NCBI GenBank assembly: GCA_012727435.1
Contig: JAAYHB010000021.1
Coordinates: 247,918 to 311,917, forward strand
DNA from: Clostridiales bacterium
Lineage (GTDB): Bacteria; Bacillota; Clostridia; Oscillospirales; CAG-272
DNA length: 64,000 bases
Direction: 5' to 3'
The notes under the pieces were generated by a model. It made no database searches. It saw only the letters and a program-made list of their open reading frames with translations, and was not told where the DNA came from. A program made the translations under genes and the position numbers. Below are positions 47,103 to 55,056 of the stretch, in pieces (within the stretch, counting starts at the first letter, position 1; each line of letters opens with the position of its first letter).

Positions 47103-49409
47103 TTATATGACGATATGCTTTGCCCTGTTGCCCGCAAGCTCCGACTCGCGCCGGTGGCAGGTGAATATCAGGCACTGGCCGCCCTGCTCCTCGCACCACG
47201 ACAGGAGCATTGATATCAGGTTTGCCGCACGGACGTCGTCAAGCTGCGACAGCCCTTCGTCGATGAGCAGCGGCGCCCCGTCCGGGCAGAGGAGGGATGT
47301 CAGGGCAAGGCGCAACGATATGTATGCCGTGTCCTTCGTCCCCCCGCTCATTACAGCGAGCGGGCGGGTAAAGCCGCCGGCATTTATCGTGACCGACAAA
47401 TCCTCTCCGACGCCAATATCTTTGTATTTGCCGCCGGTGAGCTTTCCCAAAAGCTCGCCGGCTTTGCTTTTGAGCTTCGGCGTGACCCAGCGGCGGAGCT
47501 GTCCGGTCGCTTCGGCCAGCGCTTCCTCGGCGAGCCTGATTGCATCGTATTGCAGCTCGGCCTCCGAGAGCCTGTTTGTAAGCTGCTCAAGCTGCAGCGT
47601 GAGCCGGCGGGGGTTCTCGGTAGTGTGTTCGAGCGCAATGAGCTGGCGCTCAATTTCGTTCTTTTTGTCCTCGGCCGCCTTTTGCGCCAGCATCAGCTCG
47701 GCGCGCCTGCGCTTGTATTCCTCGGAGGTCATGGGCTCGACCTCGGGCAGAGTTTCGGCGCGCCGGCGCAGCGCCGCCTCGTCGAATTTCATGAGGTACT
47801 CGCGACTTGAGATTATTTCGGATTTGAGATTTTCAATTTTTATTTCAAGGCTCTCTCGTGCGGCGCAGAATTTCGATACCAGCCCGGCGGCCTCCGAGAG
47901 CGCGCTCGTCAGGTTTTCGCCGTCTTCAAAGCCGAGTTTTGTCAGCTCGGCTCGGCAGTCCTCGCGCAGTTCAGTAAGCTTCTTTTGGCAGACCTCGACC
48001 ACGCCCCGCCGTGCCTCAAGCGCAATGCCGTACTGCCGCGCGGACTCGGCGGCCTCAAAACAGCCTTTGAGATGCTCGGTCAGTTTGTCCTCGCCGGGAT
48101 CGGTGCTCATGCCGAGCAGGGCGAGATAATCAGAGAGCGCCCGGCGCCTTTTGGTACTCAGCGTAAGTGCGAAAATTCCTCCCGCAAGCGCCGCGGAACC
48201 GGCAGCAGCGGCGATAATGCCTGCCGTCACAAGCGAGGCGAAAATTGCCGGCAATGCTGCGGCGGCCGCCACGCCGCCGAGTATGAGAAGGAGCAGCCCG
48301 GCGGTTTTCGGCGACGCAGCAGATTTTTTCAGCATCCGGTAGCTGCAGAGCGCCCCCTCGACGCCGCCGGCGGCGTTTTTCGTCAGATATTCGGCGATTT
48401 TCAGTTTTTCTTCATCATACGGGACGGCCGCTTCGAGCTTTAACAGCTCGGCTTCAGCGCGCATGAGTGAACCTTCAGCTGCCGTAAGTTCGCGGGATAG
48501 GGTCTCAAGCCTTGCGGCATACTGTCTGTCGGGGCAAAGGCCGCCGGGAAATGAGTCGGCCTCAAGCTCCCGGCGGGTCTGCTCGAGTTCGTCGACCCTG
48601 CCCTCAAGCCGGCGCAGCGCGTCGAACTTATCGAGGACATGTACAACCTCGCTGTTCTCCCATGCGGCCTCAAGCTCCTCGAGCTCTTTTTTTATCTCTT
48701 CGGCTTGGCGCTGGTATTCGCCGGCCAGCGCTTCTTTTCTTACGATGTCCCGTGCTGCGGCGGCAGCCTGCGTCAGCCGGTTGTGAAGCGAGTTGCGCTC
48801 GGCGCGCAGGTCGAAAATGAGGCCCCCGCGCTCGTTTTTGTAGAGCAGGCTGCGGCGGGCTCTTTCAAGAATGTCTGCGGCCCGCTCGGCGTTAATCTTC
48901 TCATCGGCCGAGAACAGCAGGTTCTCAATGCTTGAGCCTACCTTCTCGGAGTCTATCCCGCCGAGATTTGACTGCGCGACATGGCAGGTGCTTGAGAAGA
49001 CCGCAGCCGGGATACCGAGCAGAAATTCGCCGGGGCAGAGGTCGGTTTTTTCCTCGGCGCCGGTTTCGGCATCGATTATTTTTACCGTGTTCTCGACATA
49101 GCTTTCCCGCCCTCCGCGGGTGGTCTGCATGATACCTTCGCGCTCGACCCGCCAGAGCTTTCCGCGCGCCGACACCGTGATGCTTCCGGCCGCCCGCCGC
49201 CCGGTCCAGCTCAAATAGCGCTCGCGCTCGTCCAGTTCCTCGCCCGGCGCGCGGCGCGAGAAGCCGTAGAGCACGAACTTGATGAAGCCCAGAATAGTCG
49301 ATTTCCCCGATTCGTTGAGCCCTTCGATTATGTTCATGCCCTCGCCGAGCGTAAAGGATTTGTTTTTCAGCCCGGCAAATTCGACAATATCGTTGACAAG
49401 GATTTTCAT
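47103..49409 (-). CDS. SbcC/Rad50-like AAA ATPase with a central two-helix membrane hairpin (YhaN-like)
   Basis: Walker A GLNESGKST at the N-terminus. Long coiled coils. Residues about 369-418 (DNA 48156-48305) form two hydrophobic helices where a zinc hook would be. C-terminal signature MSGGTKDTAYISLRLAL and Walker B LLIDEG. Confidence 0.75.
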   Translation of the reverse strand: MKILVNDIVEFAGLKNKSFTLGEGMNIIEGLNESGKSTILGFIKFVLYGFSRRAPGEELDERERYLSWTGRRAAGSITVSARGKLWRVEREGIMQTTRGGRESYVENTVKIIDAETGAEEKTDLCPGEFLLGIPAAVFSSTCHVAQSNLGGIDSEKVGSSIENLLFSADEKINAERAADILERARRSLLYKNERGGLIFDLRAERNSLHNRLTQAAAAARDIVRKEALAGEYQRQAEEIKKELEELEAAWENSEVVHVLDKFDALRRLEGRVDELEQTRRELEADSFPGGLCPDRQYAARLETLSRELTAAEGSLMRAEAELLKLEAAVPYDEEKLKIAEYLTKNAAGGVEGALCSYRMLKKSAASPKTAGLLLLILGGVAAAAALPAIFASLVTAGIIAAAAGSAALAGGIFALTLSTKRRRALSDYLALLGMSTDPGEDKLTEHLKGCFEAAESARQYGIALEARRGVVEVCQKKLTELREDCRAELTKLGFEDGENLTSALSEAAGLVSKFCAARESLEIKIENLKSEIISSREYLMKFDEAALRRRAETLPEVEPMTSEEYKRRRAELMLAQKAAEDKKNEIERQLIALEHTTENPRRLTLQLEQLTNRLSEAELQYDAIRLAEEALAEATGQLRRWVTPKLKSKAGELLGKLTGGKYKDIGVGEDLSVTINAGGFTRPLAVMSGGTKDTAYISLRLALTSLLCPDGAPLLIDEGLSQLDDVRAANLISMLLSWCEEQGGQCLIFTCHRRESELAGNRAKHIVI

Positions 49410-49421
49410 ATCAAGACCCCA

Positions 49422-50534
49422 CTAAATGACCGGCCGTCCGTCAAGCGCGGCAAGCCCGTAGCGCAGCGCGGCGGCCGCCACCTGCCGCTCATACTCGCTG
49501 CCCTCTTGTATTTTTTCGGCAAGCACACGGTAGAATACCCCGCGCAGCGAGAAATCCTCCGCAAGATAACCGACGTCAAAACAAGGGAGGGTGCGCTCCC
49601 TGACTTCGAGCAGGTCAAGCTCCCCGGCGCAGTTGGCGGCAAGTGTCTCGGTGTTTGGTTTGTACCCCAGTGCGACCTCGCCGACAAGGATTATACGCAG
49701 CGCGGTCTCAGGGCCGTATCCCCTTGACTTTATCAGCTCCCTGATTTTCCCGGCTACAAGCGAATCGTCCCCGGCGCCGGTGATGTCGAGCTGTTCGACC
49801 ATGTACCTTCGCTCGGCAAACCTGATGTTTTCAATCTTAACCTTTTTGCCTTCAATGTTGACAAGCAGTGCCCCGCCGAATCCCGGCTCGTCAAAGCTGC
49901 GCCCCTCGGGGCAGCCGGGATAGGCGATTGTGGTGTCCCCGAGTGTCACCGGCTCGGGGGGGACGTGGATATGTCCAAGTGCGGCGTAGGTAAAGCCCTT
50001 GTAGGCTATGTCGCGCGGCGAGAGCGGGGCGTATTGCGAGAGCATCGTACGCGTGTCGCCGTGCTGGCAGAGGATGTTTATCCTGTCATCTGGCAGGCCG
50101 GGTATCGCCGCGAGCACGCTGCCGTCATATCTCTCGCGCGTGAAGGCCGCCCCCCAGACCGTGATACCGAGTTCCGGAAAGTCGAATTTGAAGGGGCTTT
50201 CGGTTTTGAATATGTATACGTTTTCGGGAAGAATTCCCGATGCGTAGATGCTCCCGGGCGTGTACGGGTCATGGTTCCCGGGGCTTATTACCACCGGGCA
50301 GCTTACCGCCCCGAAGCACTCGCGAAGGATCTGCGAGGTATCCCGGCTGATATAGGAGCAGTCGAAAAGGTCGCCCGAAATGAGGATCAGGTCGACGGCC
50401 TCGCGCGCGGCGTATTCCATCATTCGCTTAAAGGTCCGGCGCAGACCAACCCGGCGTTCCTCGCTCTTTGCTATCGGGAAAGACGAGAAGGGGCTGTCAA
50501 GATGCAGGTCTGCGGTGTGGAATATTTTTATCAT
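49422..50534 (-). CDS. SbcD/Mre11-like metallophosphoesterase (YhaO-like)
   Basis: MIKIFHTADLHLDSPF, ISGDLFD, GNHDP and HGD motifs. Lies 12 nt upstream of the ATPase gene. Confidence 0.8.
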   Translation of the reverse strand: MIKIFHTADLHLDSPFSSFPIAKSEERRVGLRRTFKRMMEYAAREAVDLILISGDLFDCSYISRDTSQILRECFGAVSCPVVISPGNHDPYTPGSIYASGILPENVYIFKTESPFKFDFPELGITVWGAAFTRERYDGSVLAAIPGLPDDRINILCQHGDTRTMLSQYAPLSPRDIAYKGFTYAALGHIHVPPEPVTLGDTTIAYPGCPEGRSFDEPGFGGALLVNIEGKKVKIENIRFAERRYMVEQLDITGAGDDSLVAGKIRELIKSRGYGPETALRIILVGEVALGYKPNTETLAANCAGELDLLEVRERTLPCFDVGYLAEDFSLRGVFYRVLAEKIQEGSEYERQVAAAALRYGLAALDGRPVI

Positions 50535-50721
50535 ACCTCTGACCGCTCCTTTTTCGAAGTTCTATATCATAATTCTAACATATTTACCGGCCCGGGGCAA
50601 CTGTTTTAGGCTGATTTTCAACCGCTTTTGCGGAATTATCGGGACCTGCCGGGCCGGGGCGTAATAATGCGGGGGCGCGCGGCATATACTGAACCGAAGA
50701 TACTATTCGGAGGAAATATAC

Positions 50722-52257
50722 ATGGAAAGGTACAATAAAGGCGAATCCGCTCCGGTGAGCTTTAAGATTCCGGTCTGCGACAAGGCAATTACGACAGAGC
50801 TCTCCGAGGATTTCACTCTGCCCGATTACCAGCCCGAGATCAGGCGGCTTCTGCGTGTCAATATAACCCTGCCTCCCCCTGCGCGCTATATCTCGGATTC
50901 GGGAGCCGAGTTTTCGGGTAACGCCCATTTTGACGTGCTGTATGCCGGCGCCGACGGCCAGCTTTATACCACAAGGCTGTCGTCGGAATACGAGTTTGAG
51001 GCGCCCTTTGAGGCCGGGTACGATGCCGAAGGGTTGGTTGTGCTGGCCGACGTTGTCCCCGACACGGTTGTCAGCAGGGTCATGGCGCCGCGCAGGATAG
51101 GGATAAGGGCAAGGCTGCGCGCCTATGTGCGCTGCTATGCCGATTACCGGCACGAGGAAAGGTTAAGGGGCATCGATAATCCCGAAACCCTCCGCCGGCT
51201 CACCGATACCGGCGTGTATGCCCTGGTTCTGCGCGGCACCGATGAGGCCGTGCCCATGAGCGATGAGGTGATTCCCGAGCAGGGCGAGGGAGAAATCCGG
51301 GTTGTCGGGGCTTCGGGCAATGTGTTTGTCAGCGAGGCGATGGCCACGGGCGGCGGGGTGGTCTGCCGCGGAGACCTGATACTGAAACTTATGCTCTGCC
51401 GCGACGAGCGCGAGACAGTGCCCGAGATTATCACAAGAAAGCTGCCTTTCACCCACGAAGTTGAGATAAACGGCGTCAACCCGGGGTGGGATTGCCGCGC
51501 GTGGGGTTCCTGTACCGACATAACCGTAACGGTCGGCGAGGGCAGGCTCATGTGCGAAGCGCTCATGGCGCTGACCGCCGAAGCCCAGAAAAACGAGAGC
51601 TTTGAGTACACAAAGGACATTTATTCGACCGCAGCCGACGGGGAGGTCGCCTTCAGGGAAGTGGCGCTCCCGGTATGCCTGCGCTGCATGAACGGCAACT
51701 TCACCCAAAGCGGGGTTTTCGACGCCAAGGAAAACAACCTGCCGGCGGGGGCGCGCATTGTCGACGCGGAGGGCAGCGCCTCGATGGGCAACATGACAAA
51801 TGAGAAGGGCAGGTGCGTCATGACCGGCGAGGTCAGGTACAGCGTCATATTCCTTGACGGCAGTGAGTGGGGCTCACGTGAGCTGACACAGCCCTTTAAA
51901 TACGAGTTCGACGCCCCGCAGGGCACACCCGACGGGTCGGCGATCCTGAACGTCACCGGCTGCCGGGCAAGGATGGACGGCGAGAGGGTTGCGGTCGACT
52001 CGGAGGTTTCGGCGGCGGTAAGGGTCCTGAGCCCGCGGGCATACAGAATGGTGAGCGAGGCGAATTTTTCCGGCGCTGTTAAGAGAGGCCGCGGGGAGTG
52101 GATTATCTGTTACCCCGATGAGGGCGACACGCTCTGGAGCATATCTAAGAAATATCACGCCGACGCCGACAGGGTGGCCGCGGCGAACTCGATAAAGCCG
52201 ACAGGCTCGCCCGATCGGGCCGACAGCCTTGCCGGCGCAAGGTACATAATATTGTAA
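50722..52257 (+). CDS. DUF3794-like protein with a C-terminal LysM domain
   Basis: 511 aa with a GGAGGA RBS. LPDYQPEIRRLLRV-type repeats. The C-terminus YPDEGDTLWSISKKYHADADRVAAANSI is a LysM. Confidence 0.6.
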   Translation: MERYNKGESAPVSFKIPVCDKAITTELSEDFTLPDYQPEIRRLLRVNITLPPPARYISDSGAEFSGNAHFDVLYAGADGQLYTTRLSSEYEFEAPFEAGYDAEGLVVLADVVPDTVVSRVMAPRRIGIRARLRAYVRCYADYRHEERLRGIDNPETLRRLTDTGVYALVLRGTDEAVPMSDEVIPEQGEGEIRVVGASGNVFVSEAMATGGGVVCRGDLILKLMLCRDERETVPEIITRKLPFTHEVEINGVNPGWDCRAWGSCTDITVTVGEGRLMCEALMALTAEAQKNESFEYTKDIYSTAADGEVAFREVALPVCLRCMNGNFTQSGVFDAKENNLPAGARIVDAEGSASMGNMTNEKGRCVMTGEVRYSVIFLDGSEWGSRELTQPFKYEFDAPQGTPDGSAILNVTGCRARMDGERVAVDSEVSAAVRVLSPRAYRMVSEANFSGAVKRGRGEWIICYPDEGDTLWSISKKYHADADRVAAANSIKPTGSPDRADSLAGARYIIL

Positions 52258-52287
52258 TACTTGCGTTTTAATAAGTTATCGGACGAA

Positions 52288-52317
52288 AAGGCGCGCGGGG
52301 CATGTCCCGCGCGCCTT
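52288..52317. terminator. bidirectional hairpin between convergent genes
   Basis: AAGGCGCGCGGG-gcatgt-CCCGCGCGCCTT, flanked by AAA on the left and ATATT on the right. Confidence 0.6.
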
Positions 52318-52325
52318 ATATTCAG

Positions 52326-53717
52326 CTATTTGCCCACGCAGAAGTTAGCGAAAATTTCCTCCACGACATCCGAGGTAACCTCGCGCCGGTCGATTTCGGC
52401 GAGCGCCCCCATTGCAAGCTCAAGGTCGGAACAGCAGATATCCTCCGGCAGCCCGGCGAGCAGCGCCGAGAGCGACTGCCCGATATACTCTCCTGCCCGG
52501 CTGAGGGCAGCATATTGCCGGGCGCTGGCAATAACCGCATCCTGTGATATGTCGATGCTGCCGTCGATAAACAGGTTTCTCACAACCCCGGCAAGCTCGT
52601 CTATTCCCTCGCCGGTGAGCGCCGAGACCCGCACGGTCGCCGTGCATTTGATTTCGGTAAGAGCACCCGGAGCCTCCGGCAGGTCGATTTTATTGAGCAC
52701 CGTGACAACCGGCGCGGTGAGCGAGGAAAGATACTCTGCAAAGCGAAAGTCCTCTTCATCTGCCGGGCGCGAAACATCAAAGACCGCAAGCACCAGCTCG
52801 GCGCGCTCCGTCTCCCTGCGGGCGCGCTCAATTCCTATAAGCTCAACCCTGTCATGACTCTCTCTCAGCCCTGCGGTGTCAAGCAGGTGCAGAGTTACCC
52901 CGCCGAAGGAAACTATATTCTCAAGCACGTCCCTGGTCGTCCCGGCAATGTCTGTGACAATGGCGGCCTCATAACCTAAAATCCTGTTGTAAAGCGAGCT
53001 CTTTCCGCTGTTGGTCCGCCCGCAGATAACCGTCCGCACGCCCTCCGATATTGCCTTTCCGGTCCGGTAGGTCGCCGCAAGCCTGCGGAGGCGGTCATTT
53101 ATGGCACTTACCCGGTCGCAGAGCTCCTGCCGGCTGATGCCCGACAGATCTTCATCTGGAAAGTCAATTCTGGCAAATAAACCTGCAACCAGCCGGCGCA
53201 GCTCCTCATACATCTGCCGCACTTCTGAGGAGAGCGCTCCGTCCATGCCCGAGCGTGCGAGGAGAATCTGCCCGTGGGTTTTTGCGTCAAGCAAAAGGCC
53301 GAGCGCCTCGGCTTCAGACAGCCCGAGCCTTCCTGCGACAAAGGCGCGGCGGGTGAACTCTCCCGGCCCGGCCGCTCTGGCTCCCGCGCAGAGTACCGCC
53401 TCAAGCACAGTTTGGGTGATCAGCACCCCGCCGTGGCAGGAAATCTCAACCGTGTCCTCCCCCGTAAATGAAGCGGGGGCACGGAAAATCACCGCTATAC
53501 CGTCGTCGACGCGGCGCTGCGAGCCGTCAGGCTCTTTTATATAGATGTCGCCGTACACCGCCTGCCTTGACGCGATGTCACGAAGTGACCTGCCGCTCTT
53601 CGGCCTGAAGACCTTCGCGGCAATTTCAACCGCGTTGTGGCCGGATACGCGGATAAGCGCAATTCCGCCCTTGCCCCGCGGCGTCGATACCGCCGCAATA
53701 GTGTCGGTTATGTTCAT
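52326..53717 (-). CDS. mnmE: tRNA modification GTPase MnmE/TrmE
   Basis: MNITDTIAAVSTPRGKGGIALIRVSG N-terminus, G domain GRTNSGKSSL/DTAGLR/NKID, and the C-terminal CVGK motif. Confidence 0.95.
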   Translation of the reverse strand: MNITDTIAAVSTPRGKGGIALIRVSGHNAVEIAAKVFRPKSGRSLRDIASRQAVYGDIYIKEPDGSQRRVDDGIAVIFRAPASFTGEDTVEISCHGGVLITQTVLEAVLCAGARAAGPGEFTRRAFVAGRLGLSEAEALGLLLDAKTHGQILLARSGMDGALSSEVRQMYEELRRLVAGLFARIDFPDEDLSGISRQELCDRVSAINDRLRRLAATYRTGKAISEGVRTVICGRTNSGKSSLYNRILGYEAAIVTDIAGTTRDVLENIVSFGGVTLHLLDTAGLRESHDRVELIGIERARRETERAELVLAVFDVSRPADEEDFRFAEYLSSLTAPVVTVLNKIDLPEAPGALTEIKCTATVRVSALTGEGIDELAGVVRNLFIDGSIDISQDAVIASARQYAALSRAGEYIGQSLSALLAGLPEDICCSDLELAMGALAEIDRREVTSDVVEEIFANFCVGK

Positions 53718-53931
53718 GGCTTTTACCGGGAGCTTTCAAGTTCCCGGACCCCCTTGAGTTTTTTACAAAAATGATTAAAACCCGCAGTTCTGCGCAGGAT
53801 AATAACGGAGGAGTTTCTTATCTTGTTCGCAAAATCCCGGAACTGCGGCAATACATATTTTATCATTCCGCAGGTATACTGTCAATATCCGCGCGCCAGA
53901 GGGCCCGGCGGCCCTAAATTTCGCAAATCCC

Positions 53932-53960
53932 TTGACAAATGGTACTTTTTATGCGATAAT
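53932..53960 (+). promoter_or_regulatory. sigma-A promoter for rpmH-rnpA
   Basis: TTGACA (53932-37), a 17-nt spacer, then GATAAT (53955-60) with TGc (extended -10). Confidence 0.6.
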
Positions 53961-54030
53961 GTATGCTGTCATTGTGTAAAGGCGTTAAATCAACCGGAAA
54001 TTATCGCTTCCATCAATCCGAAAGGGGTGC

Positions 54031-54171
54031 ATCAAATTACTCAGGACCTACCAGCCCAAAAAGCGCCAGAGAAAAAAGGAGCATGGCTTCAGAAAAAGAA
54101 TGAGAACGGCTGACGGCAGAAAAGTCCTCAAGAGAAGACGCGCAAAAGGCAGAGAAAGACTAACCTATTGA
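54031..54171 (+). CDS. rpmH: 50S ribosomal protein L34 (apparent ATC start)
   Basis: Not in the ORF track. The frame reads (I)[45 protein letters not shown]. This is an unmistakable L34 core, but there is no in-frame ATG/GTG/TTG after the upstream TAA at 53986-88. An AAAGGGG SD lies at 54021-27. Confidence 0.8.
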   Translation: MKLLRTYQPKKRQRKKEHGFRKRMRTADGRKVLKRRRAKGRERLTY

Positions 54172-54329
54172 TTGATAAGTAAAGCCACCGATTGCCGGGG
54201 AACGCTGCAGTGTTTTTTGGCATCGGGGTTTTTAGAATATGGGGTTTTGGCCGTCAAACCGGTATCAATACAGAGAGGCTGCCCGGACAGCCCGCCCCGC
54301 ATCACCGGCCCGCGGAGGGATGTTCTGGA

Positions 54330-54710
54330 ATGAAACACATATCGCTCAAGGAAAATCATCTTTTCAGCAAGGCATATGCCGGCGGGCAGAAATACTACGG
54401 CAGATATACCTCGGTTTATGTTTTGCAGGACCGCGCGGCATACCGGCTGATGAAGGCAAATCCCCAGAAGGAATATATAAACCGGCTCGGTATCACCGTT
54501 TCAAAAAAACTCGGAAGCGCGGTTGTCCGCAGCCGCCTGCGCAGGATTCTCAGGGAAGGATTTCGCGCTGTTGAAAAAGAGGGCAATCTCAAAACCGGTT
54601 ATATTATAGTAATAAGCGCAAAGGCCGCCGCTATCGGCAAAAAAAGCACCGATATCTATCATGAGCTGAAGATTGCCTTCGGCAAGCTCGGACTTATCAG
54701 TGCCGGATAA
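54330..54710 (+). CDS. rnpA: ribonuclease P protein component
   Basis: Start trimmed to MKHISLKENHLFSKAY, with GGAGGGA 10 nt upstream. RNR-type motif VRSRLRRILRE. Follows rpmH. Confidence 0.9.
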   Translation: MKHISLKENHLFSKAYAGGQKYYGRYTSVYVLQDRAAYRLMKANPQKEYINRLGITVSKKLGSAVVRSRLRRILREGFRAVEKEGNLKTGYIIVISAKAAAIGKKSTDIYHELKIAFGKLGLISAG

Positions 54711-54713
54711 AAC

Positions 54714-54947
54714 ATGAAACACTTTTTTATATGGTTGATACGTCTTTGCCAAAAATATCTGTCTCCCCTCAAACGCTATCCGACCTGCCGGTTCACGCCG
54801 ACATGTTCAAGCTACGCCATAGAGGCGTTTTCAGAATGGGGCTTCTTTGCGGGGCTGGGGCTGACAATCTGGAGAATAATAAGGTGTAATCCCTTCTGCG
54901 CCGGCGGGTATGACCCGGTCCCGGTGCGCCGCAAAAAAAAGGAATGA
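54714..54947 (+). CDS. yidD: membrane protein insertion efficiency factor YidD
   Basis: [24 protein letters not shown] motif. Confidence 0.9.
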   Translation: MKHFFIWLIRLCQKYLSPLKRYPTCRFTPTCSSYAIEAFSEWGFFAGLGLTIWRIIRCNPFCAGGYDPVPVRRKKKE

Positions 54948-55056
54948 ATGACTGAGGCAGACGATATTTGCAATGACAGGGCTCCAAATAAAGACAGAGG
55001 ACCCGGGCTTCGGCCCCGGTAGAATCCGGGACATATGCCGGACGGGAGAAAAAACA

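Noticed and set aside
53718-54030. The mnmE/rpmH divergent gap, considered as a candidate replication origin.
   Set aside because: I could not find any TTATCCACA-like boxes at 8/9 or better. The region is explained by a near-consensus rpmH promoter.
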